Assembly (NCBI GenBank): GCA_050331735.1
Contig: JBHJGN010000015.1
Coordinates: 1-64,000, forward strand
Source of the DNA: Cyanophyceae cyanobacterium
GTDB taxonomy: Bacteria > Cyanobacteriota > Cyanobacteriia > Cyanobacteriales > JBHJGN01
Direction of reading: 5' to 3'
Length of the DNA stretch: 64,000 nt
Made by a program: the position numbers and the translations under genes. The notes below the pieces were generated by a model that saw nothing but the letters and a program-made list of their open reading frames with translations, did not search any database and was not told the origin of the DNA. Of the stretch, positions 26,947-37,023 are shown one piece after another (position 1 is the stretch's first letter; every line of letters starts with the position of its first letter).

Positions 26947-28401
26947 ATGACTCTTTTTTTTAATAAACTGTCCCCGCTAGCGCTAACTTCTGCAAGCATT
27001 TTACTCCTCTTTTCTCAGCCAGGACTCTGTTCCTTGCGCCAGTTTTCTAACTTAAGTGAGCAAGGAAGCTTGCTGGCTTCAAGCCGGGAACAGACCAGGA
27101 AACCGGGACGGGATGGACCGGATAGAATGCTGAATCTAGTAACTGTTAACGCTCCTGTTTTTTTAAACCTTTCGGGAAGTGACGGCAGCGATGGTCTTGA
27201 TGGAATACCGGGAACAAACCATTTCTGTGCTGGAAACTTCAGCAAACCAGCGGGGAATGGTGGCGACGGTCAGGACGGCGGTGACGGTGGCGATGGTGGT
27301 TCCTTGTTTGTTCTGTATGGCAGCCTGCAAGACCTGAAGAAGGTGCGACTGGTGGCGCGAGGCGGTCAGGGAGGACAAGGGGGGCGGGGTGGGACTAGGG
27401 GAACGGGGTGTTCGTGTCAGTACGTGCCGAAACAGCCAGATTTCGACGAGATTGAAATCCCCGATGTTGATGATATCGAAATCCCTGATATAGACATCAA
27501 TAAGCCAAAAGTGCTGCTGAAAGAGAAACCAAGTCGTCAGTTGTCTCTTTTGAGGATGGCTGCCTTAGAAAAGTCCGAGGCAGGTGAATATCAGTGTTAT
27601 ACAACCTACGGTTCTCCAGGGAAATCCGGTGAAGCGGGAGCCGATGGGCAGATGGGGAGCCTGTATTTGATTAAGCAGGGAATAAATTTCCGAGACGACA
27701 ATCCGACCCAAGTTGTTACGCTGTCTTCTTTGGAAGCTACAAAAACACTAACACTGTCTAAAAATATCTGGCAGGCAAAGCTAGGGGCTGCTAACCTGCT
27801 TGCTGCCAATTCGATTGTATCCGATGCATACTACGAGTATAGCGATCGCCTTGAGAAAGCTATCCGGCTTGTTTGGGAAGCGACTCCCTCAGCAGCCAAT
27901 TTTCTCGATGCTGAGGTAAAACTGACTTTAACCGTAGGCGGACTGGAAATCCTATCTCCAGAAGATATTTGGTTAGCCACTCAACTCTCCGAACAAAACG
28001 GGACAGCACAACTCGCAATCAACCAAATTGTGAGGCGAGAAGAAGCAACTCAGCTCACTCAGGTCGGATTATCCGGAGAGCAAGCCGCCCTCAGCTTTAA
28101 TTTGATAGACAAGGCCAGAAAATCTAACATGCTCTCGACGCAGTTTTATCTTCAGTATCGCACGGCCCGCGATCGCTACGACAATAGACCCGTCCATCGG
28201 TATAGAACAAGGTTTGAGGGAATGATTCCAGCGAGCCTGGTCAGGCAGAACGAGCAGCGCTTCACCTTAAACTTAGGCCAGCTACCGATTGATAAACAAT
28301 ATCTTCAACCCGGCATGATGGTAGAAATTGAGCTAATAGCCGTCCGTTCTTTGAGTGGTCGCTCTGCGGAGCAGCACATCACCTGGAGAGGCGAAATTTA
28401 A
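26947..28401 (+). CDS. Secreted protein with collagen-like G-X-X repeats
   Basis: Signal peptide; GSDGSDGLDG, GNGGDGQDGGDGGDGG, GGQGGQGGRGG. Confidence 0.75.
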   Translation: MTLFFNKLSPLALTSASILLLFSQPGLCSLRQFSNLSEQGSLLASSREQTRKPGRDGPDRMLNLVTVNAPVFLNLSGSDGSDGLDGIPGTNHFCAGNFSKPAGNGGDGQDGGDGGDGGSLFVLYGSLQDLKKVRLVARGGQGGQGGRGGTRGTGCSCQYVPKQPDFDEIEIPDVDDIEIPDIDINKPKVLLKEKPSRQLSLLRMAALEKSEAGEYQCYTTYGSPGKSGEAGADGQMGSLYLIKQGINFRDDNPTQVVTLSSLEATKTLTLSKNIWQAKLGAANLLAANSIVSDAYYEYSDRLEKAIRLVWEATPSAANFLDAEVKLTLTVGGLEILSPEDIWLATQLSEQNGTAQLAINQIVRREEATQLTQVGLSGEQAALSFNLIDKARKSNMLSTQFYLQYRTARDRYDNRPVHRYRTRFEGMIPASLVRQNEQRFTLNLGQLPIDKQYLQPGMMVEIELIAVRSLSGRSAEQHITWRGEI

Positions 28402-28426
28402 AAGCGCACAGCTAACTGTGCGCTTT
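28401..28426. terminator. Bidirectional terminator hairpin
   Basis: AAAGCGCACAG-CTAA-CTGTGCGCTTT between convergent genes. Confidence 0.75.
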
Positions 28427-28451
28427 AACAGGGATTAGGGTAATAGGACGT

Positions 28452-28757
<306 letters not shown>

Positions 28758-29201
28758 TTATAGTAAAACGGCATTTGTTCAATTCAATGTCAAGGCTCTG
28801 AGCAAAACGCTTTGCGCTTCAGTAACCTCACTTTTCGATACTACGGGAAAAAGTCGGGGAGATGAGATCGCATTAGCAATGAAATTATTAAATAAATGTG
28901 ATATAAACTATTCTTATCTAATTGTCTAAAGTAAATGTTGAGCTGGAAAAAACACGAGTTTTGTCTATAACAGCGACAGTATGGGCACTTAGACGAATTA
29001 CAAGTTTCAATTATTTGCCAAAATATCCCGGATTAATCAGTATTAATTATAGTTATATATAACAACGACTTTTACTTAGAGACATCTCTCACCTAACAAC
29101 AGGCTGACAGAAGGCGATCGCTACTGAAGCCAAACGGAAATAACTATGACAGAATGAAGAACAGTCTTCAACCCGTCTAGAATGTATCGTTTAATACAGC
29201 T

Positions 29202-29993
29202 ATGTGCCGTCTCCTAAGCTACCTCGGTCCATCGATTCCGCTTGACAAACTACTCTACAAACCCGAACACTCTCTGATCGTCCAAAGCTATCAACCCCGC
29301 GAAATGTCCTCTGGGGTTGCCAATGCCGATGGATTTGGTGTGGGTTGGTATCATGCTGACCAGGAAACTCCCCCCTACACCTACAGAAACCTTCTGCCTA
29401 TCTGGAGCGATCTGAATCTGCCTCAATTGAGCCGGTACGTAGAATCACACTGTGTTTTGTCTTATGTCCGCAGCGCTACGGCTGGTCAAGCCGTCGATCT
29501 CAGTAACTGTCAGCCCTTTACCGACAAAAATCTCCTCTTTATTCATAACGGGGCTATCAGTAATTTCCGCAAAACAATGTATCGACCAATACGTGACTCC
29601 CTCAGCGACGAGACCTACCAGTTAATTAACGGGACGACCGACTCCGAGCATATCCTGGCTCTCCTGCTCGATCACTTAAACACATCGGACTCCCTCGCTC
29701 AAGCAGTTGCCAATACTCTAGGTCAGCTTCGACGCCTAGCCCAGCAAGCCCAGGTTTCCTTGTCTGCAAATCTGGTGATTAGCGATGGCAAGCAGTTAGT
29801 CGCTTCCCGCTACGCTTACCAAACCCCATCGCCAACGCTTTACTGGTTAAGAGATGACCCCCTTTATCCTGATGCGGTGATGGTTGCTTCTGAACCTCTA
29901 TTTGACGGAAACTGGAATAGTTTTCCAGAACACGCCCTTGTTAGTGTGGGAGAAGATCTTGAACTACACCTCAACCCGGTTGACGAAGGATGA
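29202..29993 (+). CDS. egtC: Ergothioneine biosynthesis Ntn amidohydrolase EgtC
   Basis: MCRLL N-terminal Cys, NADGFGVGWY, VRSAT, HNG, GTTDSEH; adjacent to egtB. Confidence 0.9.
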   Translation: MCRLLSYLGPSIPLDKLLYKPEHSLIVQSYQPREMSSGVANADGFGVGWYHADQETPPYTYRNLLPIWSDLNLPQLSRYVESHCVLSYVRSATAGQAVDLSNCQPFTDKNLLFIHNGAISNFRKTMYRPIRDSLSDETYQLINGTTDSEHILALLLDHLNTSDSLAQAVANTLGQLRRLAQQAQVSLSANLVISDGKQLVASRYAYQTPSPTLYWLRDDPLYPDAVMVASEPLFDGNWNSFPEHALVSVGEDLELHLNPVDEG

Positions 29994-31203
29994 GCTTCTT
30001 GAGGCACTCCATCAGTGTCGTGCCAGTACCTTAGAGCTATTCGCCGATATAGACCTCCAGACTTTCTGTCAGCAAGCCCATGCAGATTTCAGTCCGGTGG
30101 GATGGCATTTAGGACATATTGCTTTTACCGAGTCCTACTGGATATTGGAGCGCTGCGCGGGACAGCCCAACGCTTTTCCTCACTATCAACAGCTCTTTGC
30201 CGCTGATGGGCTACCCAAAGCAGAGCGACAAAATTTGCCCTCCCCAATAGAAATCCAAGCGTACTTAGAGGCTGTCAGAGCTGAAGTGACTCGCTATCTC
30301 AAATCATCCTCCCTTGAAGAGCGCCTGTGGCGCTGGCTGATTCAGCACGAAAGTCAGCACAGCGAAACGATCGCCTTTATTTTACAGCTCCTGCGGTGGA
30401 GACAGTCTGGATACGCCTCTCTGATTTCACCGGCCCCTTCCTCCCCATCTCCAACGGCAGAAATGATTTATATTCCCGCCGGGAACGCAGAAGTGGGCAG
30501 CAACGCCATTGATGCTTTAGATAATGAACGCCCCGCCTATCGTATTTACCTAGAGCCCTACTGGATTGATCGCTATCCGGTGACTTGTGCTCAGTACCGA
30601 GAGTTTATGAATGCGGGAGGGTATCAGAACCGTCGCTGGTGGTCTCAAGCAGGCTGGCAATGGCTGCAAGAGCATCCGGTCTCTCAACCGCTCTACTGGT
30701 GTGAGGCACCGGATTGGGAGCATCATCCGGTTTGTGGCGTTAGTTGGTATGAGGCGGAAGCCTATGCTCGCTTCGTTGGCAAGCGATTGCCCACCGAAGC
30801 AGAATGGGAACGGGCCGCCGCGGGCAGCTCAAGACGCTATCCTTGGGGCCATCAACTACCCGACGCCAAGCGCTGTAACTTCAATGCCCTCGTAGGACAC
30901 ACAACTCCAGTGAGTGCCTATCCAGATGGTCAGAGCGCTGAGGGCTGTTACGATCTGTTAGGAAACGTCTGGGAGTGGACGGCTTCGTGGTTCGCAGCCT
31001 ACGCTGGCTTTAAGAGTTACCCCTATCAAGGATATTCTCAAGCCTATTTCGACAATCAGCACCGCGCACTGCGGGGAGGTAGCTGGGCGACTCGTCCGTG
31101 GGCGTTACGGGCTAGCTTCCGCAACTGGTATCATCCGGGTGTACGACAAATCCTCGCCGGATTTCGCTGTGCGAGGAACTCAACTGGCCTCCCAGAAGAC
31201 TGA
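29959..31203 (+). CDS. egtB: Ergothioneine biosynthesis sulfoxide synthase EgtB (DinB + FGE-like); start uncertain
   Basis: SPVGWHLGH, QHESQHSE metal motif, RLPTEAEWE, GNVWEW, RGGSW, GFRCA. Confidence 0.88.
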   Translation: MNYTSTRLTKDELLEALHQCRASTLELFADIDLQTFCQQAHADFSPVGWHLGHIAFTESYWILERCAGQPNAFPHYQQLFAADGLPKAERQNLPSPIEIQAYLEAVRAEVTRYLKSSSLEERLWRWLIQHESQHSETIAFILQLLRWRQSGYASLISPAPSSPSPTAEMIYIPAGNAEVGSNAIDALDNERPAYRIYLEPYWIDRYPVTCAQYREFMNAGGYQNRRWWSQAGWQWLQEHPVSQPLYWCEAPDWEHHPVCGVSWYEAEAYARFVGKRLPTEAEWERAAAGSSRRYPWGHQLPDAKRCNFNALVGHTTPVSAYPDGQSAEGCYDLLGNVWEWTASWFAAYAGFKSYPYQGYSQAYFDNQHRALRGGSWATRPWALRASFRNWYHPGVRQILAGFRCARNSTGLPED

Positions 31204-31319
31204 CGGCAAATTAGCCAGGAGAGATCACTGGTATTTCTCGATTCTAAGGCTAAGATTAATCGAGTTTATCGATCAACAGTGGCAGTGTCATTTTGGGTAC
31301 ACTTTTTGTCTAGCCAGCC

Positions 31320-34300
31320 ATGCCGCAACTCCCGAGCACTGCTCGCGCTCTTGAGCAGATTCTAGACCGCTCTGCGATCGCCGTTGCCCCGGAAACCCCC
31401 CTAGCAGAAGCGATCGCTCTTTTGAGTCAGCCAGCCCATCGTCAAGATAGTGCACCCGTAAGGGCCGTTTTGGGGGTGAGGAAGGGTCGGTTTGTTGGCC
31501 TGCTCACTCAGCAAACTGCCCTTCAGCTCGCTACCACCCATAACGTCCAGGAGCTTACAGTAGCAGACGGCCTCACTCAGCCTCTCACTGCACAAGCTTC
31601 TGAAGTCACCGATATGGCAGCAGTGCAGCAACTGTTCGAGCAGCACCACCTCGAACAGTTGCCTATTCTTGGTGACAACAACGCGGTTTTAGGACTCGTG
31701 ACGCTTGCTAGCTTAAACCAAGGTCTAAACGCCAAGTGCAGGCAACTGACTGCTAGCCAGAACTCCCCTGATGGCAGACATCAGCCCCAAGATAGCGAAG
31801 CTCGGTTTCAAGAAATTGCTCATACGATTCGTCAGTTTTTCTTTGTCCGTTCGGCAGCGACCGGGCAGTATATTTATGTGAGTCCTGCTTATGAAACAAT
31901 TTGGGGACGAACCTGTGAAAGTCTCTATCGCGAGCCCAACTCCTGGCTAGAGGCCGTTTATCCAGAAGATCTTCCGCTCGTGCTGACTTCCCTCACCGAG
32001 CAACTAGCTGGTATTAGCGTCACGCGGGAGTATCGTATCATTCAGCCAAACGGCAATCTGCGCTGGGTCTTCGCTCAAATCAATCCGGTTAAAGATGAAG
32101 CGGGCCATGTCGTCAGATTTATCGGCGTTGCGGAAGATATCACCGAGCGCAAACAAGCCGAAGAAGCGCTGCGACAGAATCAACTACGGCTCCAGCAGCT
32201 CTCCACTTCTGTTCCGGCTTTTCTCTACACCGTGGTGCAGCGGGTAGAGGGGTCGTTGCAGTTCGAGTACGTCAGTTCAGAAGTCGAAACCATCTACGAA
32301 ATTGCCCCAGAACGCGCTCTGCAAGATGCGAACTTGATTTATCAACAGATCTTTCCCGCAGACCGCAAACTATTTTTTGAACGGGTTCGGCAAACGGTTC
32401 AGATGCTCGCCCCGTTTCGTCACGAATGGCAAATTGTTACTCCATCAGGCCAGGGCAAATGGATCCAGGCAGCGGCCCAAACCGAACGCCGCTCTGACGG
32501 CTCAGTAGCGTGGCACGGCGTGATGCTCGATGTTAGCGATCGCAAACAAGCAGAAGCCGCCCTTCAGCAAAGTGAGGCCACCCTCCGTAGTTTCTTCAAT
32601 AGTTCTCCCTTGATGATGGGGGTGGTCGAAGTGCTCGACCACAATATCCGACACATTACCGACAATGCTGCCACCGCAGAATTATTCGGTCTCACTCCTC
32701 CCCAGATGCACCACCGCTTAGCCAGTGAACTGGGGATGTCATCCCAGTACATCGAACTCTGGCTGCACCACTATCGCGAGAGTGGGCAGACCGGAAAACC
32801 AACTCAGTTTGAATACCTTCACGCCGCTGAATCCGACTACTGGCTCTCTGCTACAGTGGCTCCCGTTGACGGCGCAGCCGAGCAAAATCGCTTTGCCTAC
32901 ATCGTGGAAGACATTACCCGGCGCAAGCAGGCGGAAATGGAACTGCAACAGACTTACCAGCGCTTGCAGTTTCATATTGAGAACACGCCGCTGGCGGTGA
33001 TCGAGTGGGACCGTGAGTTCCGAGTACAGCGCTGGTCACCTCAAGCAGCCGAGATGTTTGGCTGGCAGGCCGAGGAAGTGGTGGGCAAGCACTGGTCTGA
33101 CTGGCGGTTTGTCTCTGAAGCGGATTTGGAAGCAGTCACCCTATCAGCGCAACGATTGCTCAACGGTGGCGACCCCCGGAATTTTAGCTGCAACCGGAAC
33201 TATACCCGCTCTGGAGCGCTTGTTTACTGCGAGTGGTACAACTCCGCCCTCCACGATGAGGCGGGGGAGGTGGTTTCGATTCTCTCCTTGGTGCAAAATG
33301 CCACTGTCCGCCATCAGGCAGAGAGCCGGCTGCACGAGCGCGAGCAGTTTTTACGCTCTATCTATAACGGAGTCGAGCAGGCCATTTTTGTCGTTGACGT
33401 GACTCCCGCCCGGAACTTCCGTTACGCTGACTGGAACCCAGCGGCGGCTGGAGCAATTGGTAAGAGGGCTGCGGAAATCGCCGATAAAACCTTTGAGGAG
33501 GTGTTAGAGCCAAAACTAGCGGCTTTAGCGCGGGATCGGTTTACGTCCTGCCTGCGCAGCGGAAATACCCTCGTGCAGGAAGATTACCTCGACGTAGCCG
33601 GAGGAACCTGGTGGCTACATACGCTGACTCCGTTACGCGACGGCCAAGGAGAGATCTATCGGATCGTCGGTACGGCAAGTAACATAACCGAGCGCAAACA
33701 CATCGAGCAAGAGCGCGATCGCCTGCTTCAGCGCGTCGAGAAACACAACCAAATTTTAGAAAGCTGCGTTGAGGAACGGACGGCGAAGCTAACACAGATC
33801 AACAGACAACTAGAGCAAGAAATTAGTGATCGCCAGCAGGCCGAGATGGCCCTGCGGGACAGCGAGGAGAGATATCGCCTGATCTTTAACCAAGCCGCAG
33901 TGGGCATTGCTCAAACGACAGTAGAGGGTCGGTATCTCAAGGTTAATCACAAGCTGACTGAAATTTTGGGGTATTCCGCAGCGGAACTGTACCAAAATGT
34001 TACGACTTTTGAGATCACCCACCCCGATGACCGCGCCATTTCCTACGAGTACATGCATCGGATTGTGACCGGGGAGCTCGAATCTTACTCGTTAGAGAAG
34101 CGCTACCTGCGCAAAGATGGCTTGCCAATTTGGGTCCAAATCTTTATTACGCTGCTGCGCGACAGCGCCGGGAACCCGCAGTACTTTATCAAGGTAATTG
34201 AAGACATCAGTGCTCGCAAGCAAACCGAGCAGGCGCTCAGCTTGAGCGAGCGCAAGTTTCGAGGAGCCTTCGACACGATCGCGGTGGGCATGGCTATTGT

Positions 34301-35774
34301 AGCCATCACGGGAGGTTTTGTAGAGGTTAATGCGGCCCTGTGCCAGATGCTGGGGTACTCCGAAACCGAGTTACTGGGTTTATCATTTGCGGAAATTACT
34401 CATCCAGAAGACCACAACACCGACCAAGATTTTTGGGAGCAACTGATGACTGGAGCCATCCCTACCTATCAAGCAGAAAAACGCTATCTCCGCCAAGATG
34501 GACAGGCGGTGTGGGGATGGCTCAGTATTTCTCTCATTCACTCTACCGGTCAACCGCTGTTTTTAATTGCTCAGATTCAGGATATTACTGAGCGCAAACG
34601 CTCTGAAGCAGTTCTGCATCAAAAGCTTGAGCAGGAGCAACTCACCACGGCAGTGGCCCAACATATTCGCACCTCTCTCGATCTTGACCAGATCCTCAAA
34701 ACCGCTGTGCAGGAAGTGCGGCAACTGCTGCAGGCCGATCGGGTATCGGTGTTTCGGGTGACTCCCGAGCGGTTTGGCCGGGTGATTGCCGAAGCCTTGA
34801 TGCCGGGACAGCCCTCAATTCTGGGGATGGAGTTTCCGGACGAACAGTTTCCCGTCGAGTACTACGACCTCTACAGCGACGGCCACGCTCGCATCGTCCC
34901 CAACGTAGCCACCGACGCCATTGCCCACTGCATCGCTGAGTTTTTGGTGGAGTTGGGGGTGCGGTCGAAACTATCGGTGCCAATTATCCAAGGGCAATCT
35001 TTATGGGGCGTGATGACGGTGCATCACTGCTCCGCCACCGAGCGCTGCTGGCAGTCTTGGGAGCTAGAGCTCATCGAGGGACTGGCTTTACAGTTGGCGA
35101 TCGCCATTCAGCAATCGGAGCTATACCAACAGCTTCAGAACGAATTGAGCCTTAAAGAACGGTCTCTGCGCGAAAAGACGGTGCTGCTCAAAGAAGTGCA
35201 TCACCGCGTGAAGAATAACTTGCAGGTCATTTCCAGCCTGCTGTGGATGCAGTCTCAGCAGGTGCGGAACGAGCCTGCGTTGCAGTTATTCAAAGATGCC
35301 CAAAGTCGGGTACAGACCCTGGCTCTGATTCACGAACAGCTTTATCAAACTGAGGATTTAGCTCAAGTTAATTTTGGCGAGTATCTCCAAACGCTGGCGA
35401 GCAAGCTCTTCCGCTCCTACGGCATCGAGCAGCAGGCGATCGCGCTTCAGATTGAGGTGGATGCCGCCCCCCTGAGCCTAGAAGCGGCGATTCCCTGCGG
35501 CCTGATTGTTAACGAACTGGTGTCTAACTCGCTCAAGTATGCGTTTCCTGAGCAGCGAGCGGGTGCCATCTCCCTGCGGCTCCAGACCAATGCTTGCGGG
35601 CAGTTTGTGCTGAGCGTTAGCGATAACGGCGTAGGCTTGCCTCAGACCCCTCCTCAGAAATCTCTCGGGCTGATTGTGGTAGACGATCTCGTTGAACAAC
35701 TGAATGGTAGGATTGAGCTGGAGTGTAACAATGGTACCTGCTTTAGAATTGTTTTCCCCAATTCAGCGCGCTGA
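31320..35774 (+). CDS. Multi-sensor histidine kinase: CBS pair, about seven PAS, CBCR-type GAF, HisKA_2/HATPase
   Basis: Repeated DITERK PAS ends; LQADRV..LWG GAF; EVHHRVKNNLQ; NELVSNSLKYAF, DNGVG. Confidence 0.92.
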   Translation: MPQLPSTARALEQILDRSAIAVAPETPLAEAIALLSQPAHRQDSAPVRAVLGVRKGRFVGLLTQQTALQLATTHNVQELTVADGLTQPLTAQASEVTDMAAVQQLFEQHHLEQLPILGDNNAVLGLVTLASLNQGLNAKCRQLTASQNSPDGRHQPQDSEARFQEIAHTIRQFFFVRSAATGQYIYVSPAYETIWGRTCESLYREPNSWLEAVYPEDLPLVLTSLTEQLAGISVTREYRIIQPNGNLRWVFAQINPVKDEAGHVVRFIGVAEDITERKQAEEALRQNQLRLQQLSTSVPAFLYTVVQRVEGSLQFEYVSSEVETIYEIAPERALQDANLIYQQIFPADRKLFFERVRQTVQMLAPFRHEWQIVTPSGQGKWIQAAAQTERRSDGSVAWHGVMLDVSDRKQAEAALQQSEATLRSFFNSSPLMMGVVEVLDHNIRHITDNAATAELFGLTPPQMHHRLASELGMSSQYIELWLHHYRESGQTGKPTQFEYLHAAESDYWLSATVAPVDGAAEQNRFAYIVEDITRRKQAEMELQQTYQRLQFHIENTPLAVIEWDREFRVQRWSPQAAEMFGWQAEEVVGKHWSDWRFVSEADLEAVTLSAQRLLNGGDPRNFSCNRNYTRSGALVYCEWYNSALHDEAGEVVSILSLVQNATVRHQAESRLHEREQFLRSIYNGVEQAIFVVDVTPARNFRYADWNPAAAGAIGKRAAEIADKTFEEVLEPKLAALARDRFTSCLRSGNTLVQEDYLDVAGGTWWLHTLTPLRDGQGEIYRIVGTASNITERKHIEQERDRLLQRVEKHNQILESCVEERTAKLTQINRQLEQEISDRQQAEMALRDSEERYRLIFNQAAVGIAQTTVEGRYLKVNHKLTEILGYSAAELYQNVTTFEITHPDDRAISYEYMHRIVTGELESYSLEKRYLRKDGLPIWVQIFITLLRDSAGNPQYFIKVIEDISARKQTEQALSLSERKFRGAFDTIAVGMAIVAITGGFVEVNAALCQMLGYSETELLGLSFAEITHPEDHNTDQDFWEQLMTGAIPTYQAEKRYLRQDGQAVWGWLSISLIHSTGQPLFLIAQIQDITERKRSEAVLHQKLEQEQLTTAVAQHIRTSLDLDQILKTAVQEVRQLLQADRVSVFRVTPERFGRVIAEALMPGQPSILGMEFPDEQFPVEYYDLYSDGHARIVPNVATDAIAHCIAEFLVELGVRSKLSVPIIQGQSLWGVMTVHHCSATERCWQSWELELIEGLALQLAIAIQQSELYQQLQNELSLKERSLREKTVLLKEVHHRVKNNLQVISSLLWMQSQQVRNEPALQLFKDAQSRVQTLALIHEQLYQTEDLAQVNFGEYLQTLASKLFRSYGIEQQAIALQIEVDAAPLSLEAAIPCGLIVNELVSNSLKYAFPEQRAGAISLRLQTNACGQFVLSVSDNGVGLPQTPPQKSLGLIVVDDLVEQLNGRIELECNNGTCFRIVFPNSAR

Positions 35775-35784
35775 GGAGCCGTCC

Positions 35785-36870
35785 TTGACACCAACAACGA
35801 TCCTGATTGTTGAAGATGAAAGGCTAGTGGCAAGGCATCTTAAAACGGTTCTAGAGTTCATGGGCTACAATGTTTTGGCCCTGGTTGCTTCTGGAGAAGA
35901 AGCCGTTGAGCAAGCGCGCTCTTTGCAGCCAGATTTGGTTCTCATGGATATTTGGCTCGCAGGCGAACTAGACGGCATCGCCGCCGCAAAAACCATGCAG
36001 GCCCATCGCGTTCCTGTCGTTTTTCTCACCGCCTACGGCGATGAGGCCACTCTCGGACGGGCTAAGCTGACTCAGCCCTATGGCTATGTTCTGAAGCCGT
36101 TTGAGGAACGAGAACTGCGCGTCACCCTCGAAATTGCCGTGCAGCGAGCCCTAGCCGAGGAGCGTATGCGTCAGGCCCTCAAAAAAGAACAGGAACTCAG
36201 AGAACACCAGCGGCGTTTCTTTTCGATGGTTTCCCATGAATTTCGGACGCCCCTAAGCACGATCTTGATGTCCGCCCAGATTTTAGAACATACTCACGAA
36301 ATCACCAGTCAAAAGATTGCCAAGAATTTAGCTCGCATTCAAAAATCTGTTAAACGCGCTCTTCGCTTAGTCGAAGATATTTTAGCGATCAACCGGGTGG
36401 CTCACCATCAGATTCAGGTGTCGCCTCAAAAATTCGATCTCGAAAAATTTTGTCAAAGTGTTATTGCAGAAGCTCACCCGGAGACGGAGCGCCCACCCAT
36501 TACTTTGGACATGCAGTGTCAGAATCAATTTGTCTGCCTTGACAAACATCTGCTCCACTCGATCCTCATCAACCTTTGCTCCAACGCGGTTAAGTATTCT
36601 CCCGCCGACAGCCGCATCACGTTATCGGTAGACTATCAATCTCGGCTCATTTTTCTAGTGCAGGACGAGGGCATTGGCATTCCGTCAGCCGATTTATCTC
36701 AGGTGTTTGAACCTTTTCACCGAGGCAGTAACGCTCATCCTCAAACGGGCTCCGGTTTGGGGCTGACAGTTGTCAAACACTATGTTGAGCTACTGGGTGG
36801 CAACATTAGGGTCAATAGCCAAGTGGGCATCGGCACGACGTTTACGGTCACGCTGCCATTAAGGGAGTAA
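35785..36870 (+). CDS. Hybrid response regulator-histidine kinase
   Basis: ILIVEDE, LMDI, KPF receiver; SHEFRTPL; NAVKYS, DEGIG, GSGLGL. Confidence 0.92.
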   Translation: MTPTTILIVEDERLVARHLKTVLEFMGYNVLALVASGEEAVEQARSLQPDLVLMDIWLAGELDGIAAAKTMQAHRVPVVFLTAYGDEATLGRAKLTQPYGYVLKPFEERELRVTLEIAVQRALAEERMRQALKKEQELREHQRRFFSMVSHEFRTPLSTILMSAQILEHTHEITSQKIAKNLARIQKSVKRALRLVEDILAINRVAHHQIQVSPQKFDLEKFCQSVIAEAHPETERPPITLDMQCQNQFVCLDKHLLHSILINLCSNAVKYSPADSRITLSVDYQSRLIFLVQDEGIGIPSADLSQVFEPFHRGSNAHPQTGSGLGLTVVKHYVELLGGNIRVNSQVGIGTTFTVTLPLRE

Positions 36871-36958
36871 GTCCCTCCGGGACGGGGAAGCGGTGCGACC
36901 CAGCGCCGCCGGAAGGCGCACTGGGTAGCGCACCAAGACAGGGAAAGGGGGAAAGGGA
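36871..36958. repeat. GTCCCTCCGGGAC mini-hairpin + larger hairpin + GGGAAAG tract
   Basis: Starts immediately after the stop codon; same unit at 46308 and 63906. Confidence 0.65.
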
Positions 36959-37023
36959 CCACTCTAAGAGTCATCACTCCAGACTGGCGACCTCGCTGTT
37001 TCCTCTTCAATATCTAGCGACAC

